Shown here: positions 46,352 through 55,002 of the stretch, one piece after another
Layout: the number at the start of each line of letters is the position of its first letter
Numbering within the stretch: position 1 is the stretch's first letter
DNA from: an uncultured Chloroflexia bacterium
Lineage (GTDB): Bacteria > Chloroflexota > Anaerolineae > JAAYZQ01
NCBI GenBank assembly: GCA_963700285.1
Contig: CAVOXA010000003.1
Coordinates: 1 to 60,128, forward strand
Direction: 5' to 3'
DNA: 60,128 nt
Notes under the pieces: model-generated
Seen by the model: the letters and a program-made list of their open reading frames with translations, nothing else
Told to the model about the DNA's origin: nothing
Databases searched by the model: none
Made by a program: the position numbers and the translations under genes

Positions 46352-48265
46352 ATGAAAACGAGAACTGGACTGGTCCTCCTGGCACTCCTTGGCGTCGGAC
46401 TCTACCAATACCGCCGCACTCTCCTGGCCCGCCTGTTGAAGCTGCCACCGCCGCACTATGCGGTGCACGTCCAGCGCGATATCCCAATATTCATGCCCGA
46501 TGGCATCGCCCTGTTCACCGATCACTACTCGCCGATAGCATCCAGCGCTGCCAGCGGTAGAACCGGCGGGGATTTCCCCACCATCCTCATCCGCACACCC
46601 TATGGCCGGGGGAAAGAGATCGCCCTGGGGGGCGGCTATGCCCTGAGCGAGCTCCCGGCGCAGCGGTTTGCAGAACGGGGCTACCACGTGGTCGTCCAGG
46701 GAGCCCGGGGCTGCTACGACTCGGAGGGTGAGTTCAGTCCCCATGTCAACGAGGCGGCTGACGGCCAGGCCACGGTAGACTGGATCGCCCAGCAACCCTG
46801 GTTCAACGGCCGCCTGGGCACGTGGGGGCCCAGTTATCTAGGCTACACCCAGTGGGCCGTGGCCGCCGCCGCTCCGGAAGCCCTAAGCGCGATGGTGGTC
46901 ATGGTCGCCAGCGCTGAAAACCATACCGTCAGCCACCCCGACGGGGCCTTTGGCCTGGAGACACGCCTGCGCTGGTCACAAGGCGTCTATATCCAAAACA
47001 GAATGCACCGCCGGCCGCTCCGCCAGCAGATCGTCCACCGTTTCTCCGGTGAGGAGGAACGCCGCCTGCAAGCTGCTTTCAGCCACCTGCCCCTGCTCGA
47101 CGCGGATGTCATCGCCGCCGGCGAGCTGGTCCCCTTCTACCGCGACATTTTGACCCACAACCAACCTGACGAAGCTTATTGGGCGGCTAGGGACCACCGC
47201 GATGCCGTCGCCAGGGTCGCCGCGCCAGTACACCTCATCGGCGGCTGGTACGACTACTATCTGCGGGGGCTGCTGCGTGACTATGCCGCGCTCAAGGCCG
47301 CTGGCCGCCAGCCCAGTCTGACCATCGGTCCCTGGCACCACGCCCATCCCAGTGGGTTGATGGCCGGCCTGCGCGAGGGGCTGGCCTGGTTCGACGCCCA
47401 CCTAAAAGGCCAGCCCTCGAACGCAGCGAAGGACCAGCCCGCCAGGAGGGGGGAGCGCACCAAACATCTTTTGAGCCAGAAGCCAGTACGCATCTATGTC
47501 ATGGGCGCCGAGGAGTGGCGCGAGTTGGACGACTTTCCCCCACCGGCTCGCAGCACCCGCTTCTTCCTCCAGCCAGAGTCCGGGCTGGCCACAGACCTGC
47601 CCCCAGCCGAATCGCCCCCCGACCTCTACAGCTACGATCCCACCGACCCCACCCCGGCATTGGGCGGCGCGCTGTTGGCCCTGCGAGGTGCGGGCCCCCA
47701 GGACAATCGTCCCCTGGAGAGCCGGTCCGATGTCCTGTACTACACCTCAGCGCCGCTGAAACAGGACATCGAGGTCATCGGCCCGGTGCGCCTGGAACTC
47801 TATGCCCGATCCACCCAATCCCATACCGATTTCTTTGGCCGGCTGTGCGACGTGGCCCCTGATGGACGCTCTACCAACATCTGCGACGGTCTGTTGCGCG
47901 TTGATCCCGGCCAGCCCCATGGCAGGTCCACGACAAGCTCAGGACACTGCCTGCGGCTTGAGATCGACCTGTGGGCCACCGCCCATCGCTTCCGGCAGGG
48001 ACACCGGCTACGCCTGCAGGTGTCCAGCGGCGCCCATCCCCGCTGGAGCCGCAACCTGGGCACCGGCGAGCCCCTTGCCACGGGCGTCAGCATGTGCTTT
48101 GCCCACCAAACCATCTACCACGACAAGGCCCGTCCCTCCGCGCTGGTCCTGTCGGTGGTGGCAACCCGCGCAAGTACCCAACACAATGGCCCGCCGCAAC
48201 GTGTCGCGCCCAGAGACCAGCCCCAGAGTCCCGGAAGAAACAGGGCCGAGGAGGAACCAAAATGA
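46352..48265 (+). CDS. CocE/NonD family hydrolase
   Basis: IRTPYGR, GPSYLG nucleophile elbow, GGWYD, IGPW.H, HRLRLQVSSG. Confidence 0.93.
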   Translation: MKTRTGLVLLALLGVGLYQYRRTLLARLLKLPPPHYAVHVQRDIPIFMPDGIALFTDHYSPIASSAASGRTGGDFPTILIRTPYGRGKEIALGGGYALSELPAQRFAERGYHVVVQGARGCYDSEGEFSPHVNEAADGQATVDWIAQQPWFNGRLGTWGPSYLGYTQWAVAAAAPEALSAMVVMVASAENHTVSHPDGAFGLETRLRWSQGVYIQNRMHRRPLRQQIVHRFSGEEERRLQAAFSHLPLLDADVIAAGELVPFYRDILTHNQPDEAYWAARDHRDAVARVAAPVHLIGGWYDYYLRGLLRDYAALKAAGRQPSLTIGPWHHAHPSGLMAGLREGLAWFDAHLKGQPSNAAKDQPARRGERTKHLLSQKPVRIYVMGAEEWRELDDFPPPARSTRFFLQPESGLATDLPPAESPPDLYSYDPTDPTPALGGALLALRGAGPQDNRPLESRSDVLYYTSAPLKQDIEVIGPVRLELYARSTQSHTDFFGRLCDVAPDGRSTNICDGLLRVDPGQPHGRSTTSSGHCLRLEIDLWATAHRFRQGHRLRLQVSSGAHPRWSRNLGTGEPLATGVSMCFAHQTIYHDKARPSALVLSVVATRASTQHNGPPQRVAPRDQPQSPGRNRAEEEPK

Positions 48266-48687
48266 GCGAACCCGTCATTGCCCAGACAGTCTTTGCTTTT
48301 GCCATAGATCCGTCCCTGGGCTTGCTCCGCCGGTGGTACGAATGCTTTGAAGCATTGGTCGCGGATCAAGACTTCCGAACAGAGTCATGCGTGGATGACC
48401 TTCACCAGATTTTTCTGCATCAGGCCGTCTTGAGTGCTCTCCTGGCAACCGCGGTTGAGCCTGCGCGGATCCGCGTCCTGCCGCCCGCCTACAACTATCC
48501 GTATAACCTGCACCAGGCTGTACCCTTTGACCGGCGCGCCGCCTCGCTCAACGCTCTTGTGTGCATCACTTACGCAGATCGCTCCCTGGATCCGAATGTG
48601 GTGGACGACATCGACATTCACGAGCCCCTGGGCTCGTGGCTGGCCCTCCATGTTACGCCCAATGACTCGTTGGCACAGATCCGATGA
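48262..48687 (+). CDS. Hypothetical protein, possibly a truncated glycosyltransferase-like C-terminus
   Basis: ATGA overlap with cocE; HQAVLS..LPPAYNYP motif. Confidence 0.5.
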   Translation: MSEPVIAQTVFAFAIDPSLGLLRRWYECFEALVADQDFRTESCVDDLHQIFLHQAVLSALLATAVEPARIRVLPPAYNYPYNLHQAVPFDRRAASLNALVCITYADRSLDPNVVDDIDIHEPLGSWLALHVTPNDSLAQIR

Positions 48688-48741
48688 GCGGGACGTTGGC
48701 ATGCTGGCGAGGAGCCATGGATCTATGAAAGCGAATTGGAG

Positions 48742-49320
48742 ATGTCGATGAACACTGCTGAAGCCCATGTCATTGCCGAACGGGCCGGCGTCGTTCTGCG
48801 CCACGCCACCGGCAGCGACTTGCAGCGCCTGGGCGAGATCACCATCATCTGCTACGAGCCCATCGCCGCCAGCTTTATCGACATCGTCGGCCAGGAATTC
48901 TACAGGGGTACCCGCATCAACCCCGAGTCGGATTGGAGGGCTGACAAGATGAAACAGGTTCGGGATGCCCACGAACGGCATCCTGACCGGGTATGGGTCC
49001 TGGAAGAGAAAGGGTACGTCTTTGGCTTTGTCACCTTTGGAATCGTCGCCGAGCGGAACATGGGCTTCCTGGACAACAATGGCGTTCTGCCTGAGTATAG
49101 GGGCAAAGGCTGGGGCACTTTTATGTACCGCCATGTCCTTGAGCACTTTCGGAACGAAGGCATCCGATTCGTTTGGGTCGAGACCGACCTGGATGAACCG
49201 CATGTTCCGGCGCGGCGCGCATACGAAGCCGTTGGCTTTGACCGGCAGCAACGCATCGTGATCTACCGCCAGGACCTTGCGCGACGCAACCCCGGTTCGG
49301 ACCTGATCCCTGAGGATTAG
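48742..49320 (+). CDS. GNAT N-acetyltransferase
   Basis: V.PEYRGKGWG motif A, PARRAYEAVGF. Confidence 0.88.
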   Translation: MSMNTAEAHVIAERAGVVLRHATGSDLQRLGEITIICYEPIAASFIDIVGQEFYRGTRINPESDWRADKMKQVRDAHERHPDRVWVLEEKGYVFGFVTFGIVAERNMGFLDNNGVLPEYRGKGWGTFMYRHVLEHFRNEGIRFVWVETDLDEPHVPARRAYEAVGFDRQQRIVIYRQDLARRNPGSDLIPED

Positions 49321-50117
49321 GGCTGGGGTGGCGTCCCGGCATCCTCCGGAATCGGCGCTCCGTCTGGCAGATCCCGCAGGTAACTACACGAAACAAAGCG
49401 CACGTCCTCCCACACGTGCCCTTCGGACACAAAGGTGTCAATGTCCTGGATCCAGCGCTTCTCCCCCTGCTCCAACCGGTAGATGTGGGGGCTCGTCCGG
49501 CACTTGAGCAGGACGTGAATCGGCGCCCCCTTCGCAAACCTGGCCAGGTACTCGTCCTCGACTACGTGCACGTCCTCCCAGGTCAAGCCCATATGCTCAA
49601 AAGCATCCAGGCTGCTGATCCAGCGCAGCTTGTCCTGTTCCAGGACATAGATCTCGGGGCCGCTGCCCTTCAGGACCAGCCCATCGCGGATGATGAGCGA
49701 GGCGGTCTCGGGCATGATACGTGCCAGGCTGACGCCGTAGCGGGTCACCGGGACGTTGACCAGGAGAAGCAGGATGGCAACCAGGATGGCCAGCCGGCCC
49801 AACATTTTGCCCATGTCGATGCTCGGCTGCCGGGGCGGCGGCTCCCAGCCCTCCTCGCCGGGCCGGGGTTCCCGTATCGACTTTGGAGGCACTGCCTTTT
49901 TCGTTGTCGCAGGGCGAGGCGCGGTCTGGCGCTGCTCGGCTACCCGGCGCTCCTCACCGGGAGGGGGCTCGGGACGAGGCGGTGGAACCGGGGCAGGTGT
50001 ACCCTCCGGCCCCTTGGACCTTTGCACTTTCTGGCGCTCAACCAGAGCATCCAGCAATAGGTCAAGGATCTGGTCTGTCGTGGAGCGTTCGTCTCCAGGG
50101 ATTTGGCTAGACATCAT
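49317..50117 (-). CDS. Single-TM protein with Pro-rich N-terminus and two tandem ~60-aa modules
   Basis: TM LAILVAILLLLV; repeats LKGSGPEIY..RWI and LKCRTSPHIY..KRWI. Confidence 0.8.
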   Translation of the reverse strand: MMSSQIPGDERSTTDQILDLLLDALVERQKVQRSKGPEGTPAPVPPPRPEPPPGEERRVAEQRQTAPRPATTKKAVPPKSIREPRPGEEGWEPPPRQPSIDMGKMLGRLAILVAILLLLVNVPVTRYGVSLARIMPETASLIIRDGLVLKGSGPEIYVLEQDKLRWISSLDAFEHMGLTWEDVHVVEDEYLARFAKGAPIHVLLKCRTSPHIYRLEQGEKRWIQDIDTFVSEGHVWEDVRFVSCSYLRDLPDGAPIPEDAGTPPQP

Positions 50118-50123
50118 GATCTC

Positions 50124-50813
50124 CTATCGCACCACAAAGAAGCCGAGGACCTCGCCCAGGCTGGCAGAAATATTTGTGTAGAAATTGCCGCCCAGTTGGC
50201 GGAATAGCTCGAACTGCATACTGGGCGCGCCGATAAAGGGTCGCAGCGTCCAGGCCATCTGGCTTCCGACAAAGGCGTAGACGATGACCCAAGCCCACAT
50301 GACCCAGCGGCGGGCGCTACCCCCATCCTTCCCCGAAGCGGACACGATCTTCATGCCCTGGTTCAAAAAGATCACGCCAATGATGCCACAGACGGCAAAG
50401 ATCACCACGTTGAGCAATTTGAAAAACTGGTAGTTGCTCGTGGTCAGCAGGAAAAAGACCACAATGGGTGCAAAGCTGAGGAGCAACACGGCCGTGACCG
50501 TGATGGCGGTCAAAATGAGGGCAAAGTTTTGGGTCAGGCTCTGATTGGAACCAAAGAGCACGTTAAAGAAGTAGAGCGTTGGCGAGCAGATGATCAGCGT
50601 CGTGAGGAAGAGAAGGGGCAGCTTGACAGCCGAACTCAGCGTCTGCCACAGGCTGTGCGTCGAGCCCAGCACGGCCCCGTACAGGGCCAAGAACAGGATG
50701 CTGGAGATGAGCATGGCCCGCATCTTTTCGCTGAGCCCCACCCCATCGCGGACCTCGATGAAAAAGTGATGGCGGTTGCGCAGAATGGTTTCGATAACGG
50801 CTAGATCTTTCAT
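50124..50813 (-). CDS. Multi-TM hypothetical membrane protein
   Basis: KLPLLFL.TL.IC.PTLY, VGSQMAWTLRPF.G; AGGAG RBS. Confidence 0.8.
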   Translation of the reverse strand: MKDLAVIETILRNRHHFFIEVRDGVGLSEKMRAMLISSILFLALYGAVLGSTHSLWQTLSSAVKLPLLFLTTLIICSPTLYFFNVLFGSNQSLTQNFALILTAITVTAVLLLSFAPIVVFFLLTTSNYQFFKLLNVVIFAVCGIIGVIFLNQGMKIVSASGKDGGSARRWVMWAWVIVYAFVGSQMAWTLRPFIGAPSMQFELFRQLGGNFYTNISASLGEVLGFFVVR

Positions 50814-51271
50814 GGCTTGATCGTCTCCTTGGCTCGGGATAAAGCAACGTTCCTCAGTCGCATCTACTGGCACTATCCCTACAGGTCATGCAGCTTTGGC
50901 GGGGGACGTCGTGCGCCACATTGCGAGGGACTGGCGCGGGCGGGTGGACGCCCAGAGCCCAGACGCGCCACCAGGCCAGAGGGTGATACTCGGCTGCCAG
51001 GCGTCCCAATAGCCAGTTGGCCACCAGGTAGAACAGCAGAATAGTGCCGCTGGCTACCAGGCCAGCCATCCAATGGCGACTGCTGGTGACGGGGCTGAAG
51101 GACGAGGTATCCGGGACGACTGTGCCCATGTCGCGGTAGTAGCGGATACCCACTGGAAGTGGCCTCATCGCCCACCAGAAGAGGGAAGAACGCCACGCCG
51201 CACCTGGCTTCCCGTCCACTGCTGCGAGGTCACTCACTTCCATGCCCCTGCCGCCGGCAAACCAGGGGTCC

Positions 51272-51778
51272 TCACCAGCGCATCGCCGGAAGGGCGACAA
51301 AGACTACCGTCAGCCCCCAAAAGACGACCCAGGCCACCATGGCATAGCGCCAGCGCTCAAACTTGAGCAGAGGGATGAGCAGCGCCGCCAGGGCGACGAT
51401 CCAGAAGGCCGGACGGCCGAGGAGCTGGGGCCAGCCCAGGACGGTCCCATCTGGGGCAAAGGCCAGCCAGCGCAGGACCAGGGCACAGGCTACCGGCAGC
51501 CCAGCGGCGACGACGGCGTCAGCCGTACCCCAGCCCGCATGTGCCGCCTGCAGTTCCTGGCCGATCTGCTCTTCCACCCCAAAGCGGGCTGCCGCGAGGG
51601 CCAGTGCCTGTTCTGCGCCAAGTCCCTCAGCCTGGGCTTTGGCTACGGCTTCTTCCAGGTGGTCGCGGATCTCGGCCAGGACCTCCTGTTCGGTCTCACT
51701 ATCCAGATCCATCTGGGACCGAACCCGAGACAAGAGGTGGTCAATGCCCGGCCCAGGCGAACTCGAGCGAGCCGTCAT
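51272..51778 (-). CDS. HAAS/permease-prefix domain membrane protein
   Basis: EIRDHLEE...A.ARFG...IG.EL followed by three TMs; ATGA overlap with padR. Confidence 0.8.
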   Translation of the reverse strand: MTARSSSPGPGIDHLLSRVRSQMDLDSETEQEVLAEIRDHLEEAVAKAQAEGLGAEQALALAAARFGVEEQIGQELQAAHAGWGTADAVVAAGLPVACALVLRWLAFAPDGTVLGWPQLLGRPAFWIVALAALLIPLLKFERWRYAMVAWVVFWGLTVVFVALPAMRW

Positions 51779-52125
51779 GACGTCACCTCGACCCCGAGAA
51801 GCTGGTTCACGTGCTGGGACAGCGTGCGCCAGCCCTCCAATTCCTCGGTCAGGCGGCGGCGGCCCCCGTCCGTGATGGCATAGAACTTGCGGCGGCGGGT
51901 GCCCTCCTCGCCGTGCCATTCGGAACGCAGAAAACCTTTGCGCTCCATTTCGTGCAGCCGGGGGTAGATCAAGCCCTCTTTGAAGCGAAAGTAGCCCTCG
52001 CTTTGGGCCTCCAGCTCTTGGATGATCTCGTAGCCATACATGGGCCGTTCTGCGTGTGCCAAAAGGCTGAGTATGATGACGGTCGTAGTCCCCTTGCGCA
52101 TCTGTTCCTGGATAGTCATATGCAT
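51775..52125 (-). CDS. PadR family transcriptional regulator
   Basis: MYGYEIIQEL, EG.IYP.L..ME..G, RRKFYAIT..G; start may be 52119. Confidence 0.93.
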   Translation of the reverse strand: MHMTIQEQMRKGTTTVIILSLLAHAERPMYGYEIIQELEAQSEGYFRFKEGLIYPRLHEMERKGFLRSEWHGEEGTRRRKFYAITDGGRRRLTEELEGWRTLSQHVNQLLGVEVTS

Positions 52126-52128
52126 GCT

Positions 52129-52182
52129 TACCTTATAAACTTATGTATTAGTGAGTATAGCACATCTTGTCCGGGATGTCAA
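52129..52182 (-). promoter_or_regulatory. padR promoter with candidate operator
   Basis: Minus-strand TTGACA-17-TATACT (TGn), then TACATAA-N5-TAAGGTA. Confidence 0.75.
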
Positions 52183-52427
52183 GAAAGTTCTTCAGACTGC
52201 TGCAGTACGATTGCCCTACGGATCAGGCCTTTGGCCTTGACATTGATGCCGAGGCCGGGTTCCCAAGGATGCACAAAGGGGCTGAGGGAATTCCTCAGCC
52301 CCTGGGTCTGGCCCGCCCCAACATCGGAGGGCATCTCCAAAAGGTTGCATGGCCCAGGCCGCATCCGCCCCAGCCGGACTTGTGGCGATGGGGTGGGCCT
52401 GGGATCTACCCCCTGCCTACCCCCGGT

Positions 52428-53132
52428 CTAGTCCCGTCGCGAGAACCCTGTCAGCAGAAAGACATAGTAAAGCATCGTCGACAACGCCTGGGCCAGCGCT
52501 GCGATGTAGGTCAGTGCAGCCGCATCGAGTACCTTTTTGGTCTCCTGCAGCTCGCGCCCATCGGCCAGTTGATAGGTTCGCAAAAGTTCCAGCGCTCGCT
52601 TGCTGGCGTTGAACTCAACGGGCAGAGTGATCAAGGAAAACACAACGGTACCCATAAAGAGGAATAGACCGATCCAGGCGATCGTCGTCGAGCCCGTCAC
52701 CCCTGTAAGAAGAAAGCCAGCAAAAAAGATGAGTGGTCCCAGCCAGGAACCAATTCGGACTGCTGGTACCAGCCCCGACCTGAGTCGCAGTGGAGCATAG
52801 TTGGTAGCATCCTGCATCACGTGCCCAATTTCGTGGGCGACAATGCCCAGAGATGCGACCGAGCTGGTATTGGCCACCCCATCCGACAGCCGCAGGACAT
52901 TCTTGCTCGGGTCATAGTGGTCGCTGAGCTGGCCGCGCGCCTTCTCGATGCGGATATGGTCCAGCCCAAGACTGCGCAACAGGATCCGGGCCGTCTCATA
53001 GCCACTGAGTCCTCGCGCGTTCGGCTTGCGGCTGTAGCTGGCGTAGGCGGACTTTACCCGCATCTGGGCATAGAACGCCAACAAAAGAGCCGGTAGAGCA
53101 AAAATCAGATACCGTGGATCCCAAAGAAACAT
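52428..53132 (-). CDS. Neutral zinc metallopeptidase (YugP-like)
   Basis: LSDHYDP, AHEIGH..Q, TLPVEFNAS.RA, AAALTY. Confidence 0.92.
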   Translation of the reverse strand: MFLWDPRYLIFALPALLLAFYAQMRVKSAYASYSRKPNARGLSGYETARILLRSLGLDHIRIEKARGQLSDHYDPSKNVLRLSDGVANTSSVASLGIVAHEIGHVMQDATNYAPLRLRSGLVPAVRIGSWLGPLIFFAGFLLTGVTGSTTIAWIGLFLFMGTVVFSLITLPVEFNASKRALELLRTYQLADGRELQETKKVLDAAALTYIAALAQALSTMLYYVFLLTGFSRRD

Positions 53133-53303
53133 GCCTTCCTACCTCTCCACCATACAGACATCGATCCAGGGATCGATGTCTCGGGTCAAACCAGCGATGG
53201 CGCTTGCCCGACGAATCACACGCCCATCAATACTGTCAGTATCATAGCACAGCAGCGCCTTGTCTACAAGCCTTGTCCCTGACCAAGTTCTGACACTTGC
53301 TTG

Positions 53304-53519
53304 TCAGGCGCCATCTTCCCCTTGCCGACGGTACACCGTCTGCCGGACCATTGGATTGATCTGGTCTGGTACCGGCAGGTTATCATAGTCGCACCGGCAA
53401 GGGCCGCCATGGGCGCAGCCGAGACAGCAAAAAGCACGGCCATCCACGATCGTCGTCTGCCATCGGATCACGATTCCACAGGTAGCACACACCAGTTCAC
53501 TATTCATGGTCCAAGCCAT
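53304..53519 (-). CDS. Small Cys-rich, metallothionein/TRASH-like protein
   Basis: CATC-x16-CCLGCAHGGPCRC (7 Cys, 1 His); start may be 53507. Confidence 0.65.
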   Translation of the reverse strand: MAWTMNSELVCATCGIVIRWQTTIVDGRAFCCLGCAHGGPCRCDYDNLPVPDQINPMVRQTVYRRQGEDGA

Positions 53520-53560
53520 CCCTCTCTATCCAAGATACGAGCTGATTCTAGTAGACGATC

Positions 53561-53600
53561 GTTAGACCAATGCTAGAAATCTGTTAGAGTTGCGTTAGAG
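53561..53600. promoter_or_regulatory. Four direct repeats phased at 11 bp
   Basis: GTTAGA 53561, GCTAGA 53572, GTTAGA 53583, GTTAGA 53594. Confidence 0.65.
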
Positions 53601-54224
53601 TTTAGACGTTGGACAGCACGCGGAGGAAAAGGTTCTGGCCCGCTGGAGGGTCACCAGCCGGTACCTCTGCCTGCCGCTATTCAGCGAGAGGTGGATGTCA
53701 TCGCGGGGCCAGCATGGGAGAATACACTCCTGCCAGACAGTGGACGGGGGCTGGTTGCACAGAATGGCCAAATGCGTTATAATAGGGTTATCGCCATGGC
53801 CGTCCGCAACAGGCACATTGCAGCCATGTTGCTAGCGCTTCCGGGCGTACCCACGTGCTGATGCGCCCACCAATAGCCATTGTTTCGTTTTGCTTGTTGT
53901 AGGAATCGTCGCAGCCTCAGTCCCCTGTTGGCCTGCCAGAAAGAACCTGGTCTTGCCCGCCCTTCGAGGGGACCTTCATCGATGGAGACAAGCCACGGCC
54001 CGTGCGTGGTGCATCAAGCCAGGGCGCCAACGCCATCACGGTCGCTCAAGCAGAGGAGCCTATCGTTGCTCAATCCGGCGTTCGACGCTGCGTCGCGCGC
54101 TCAGAGCCAGGTTGTAATCCGAATTGTAATGCCAATGCGCTATACTAGCACTCGTGACTTGACACCCTTGTCGTACAGAAAAGGACTAAAAAGGGGGATT
54201 GGGGTCTTGTGAGGCTGTGATCTG

Positions 54225-54902
54225 ATGACGCTGAGAATTCTTTTTGTCGAAAAAGACATCACCACCGCCGACCTGTTGATGCCTAGCCTGGAGCGCAAGG
54301 GCTATAAAGTTTCCGTGGTACATACGCTGCGCCAGGCAGCCAGCCGGATCCGCGCCCTGTGTCCAGATCTGCTGATCATGGACATCGCATCTTTTGGCGT
54401 TCGGGGCTACAAAGTCAGTGACGAAGTCCGTGCTCGACTGGAAGGGGTGCCTACAATTCTCCTTCTCGAGAAGGGCCATGCCAGTGCTGGCAGCGCCGCA
54501 GAGGCGTTCATGACACCTCCCTTTACCTCCCGAAAGCTGCTCTACAGGATCAAGAAGGTGGCACAGCATCTGACCCGATGCGAGATCCGGGCCGGGCACC
54601 TCGCCGTGGATCCGCAAAGCCGTACTCTACGCAAGGGCGAGAAGGTCATGCACCTCCGTCCCAAAGAGGCCGACCTGCTGAACCTTTTCCTGGCCAGTCC
54701 AGGCAGGGTGATCAGCCGGCAAGAACTCATGAAGCGGATCTGGCAGACGGACTATGTGGGTGATACCCGGACGCTGAGCGTTCACGTTCGCTGGCTTCGC
54801 CTCAAGATCGAGGACGATCCCAACTCCCCATGCTACCTGCGTACCGTGCGTGGCGTGGGATACCGGTTCGAGGTACCAGAGTCTACCCCCCAACTAAAGT
54901 AG
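54225..54902 (+). CDS. OmpR/PhoB family response regulator with atypical receiver
   Basis: wHTH KE..LL, TRTLSVHVRWLR.KIE.DP..P..LRTVRGVGY. Confidence 0.92.
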   Translation: MTLRILFVEKDITTADLLMPSLERKGYKVSVVHTLRQAASRIRALCPDLLIMDIASFGVRGYKVSDEVRARLEGVPTILLLEKGHASAGSAAEAFMTPPFTSRKLLYRIKKVAQHLTRCEIRAGHLAVDPQSRTLRKGEKVMHLRPKEADLLNLFLASPGRVISRQELMKRIWQTDYVGDTRTLSVHVRWLRLKIEDDPNSPCYLRTVRGVGYRFEVPESTPQLK

Positions 54903-54919
54903 CGGCCCAATCCAACGAC

Positions 54920-54950
54920 AAACGGGACAGCACACACGCCTGTCCCGTTT
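54920..54950. terminator. Bidirectional terminator
   Basis: AAACGGGACAG...CTGTCCCGTTT between convergent genes. Confidence 0.75.
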
Positions 54951-55002
54951 TGATGTCGCACCACCTCTGACGAAAGGTAATGATTTGCCGCGGGCGGGCC
55001 GA

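Noticed and set aside
50854-51300. Possible membrane-protein fragment within the padR operon
   Set aside because: One hydrophobic stretch, but the start and frame cannot be resolved
54112-54130. TTGTAAT direct repeat upstream of the response regulator
   Set aside because: Only two copies at 12-bp spacing; too weak to call
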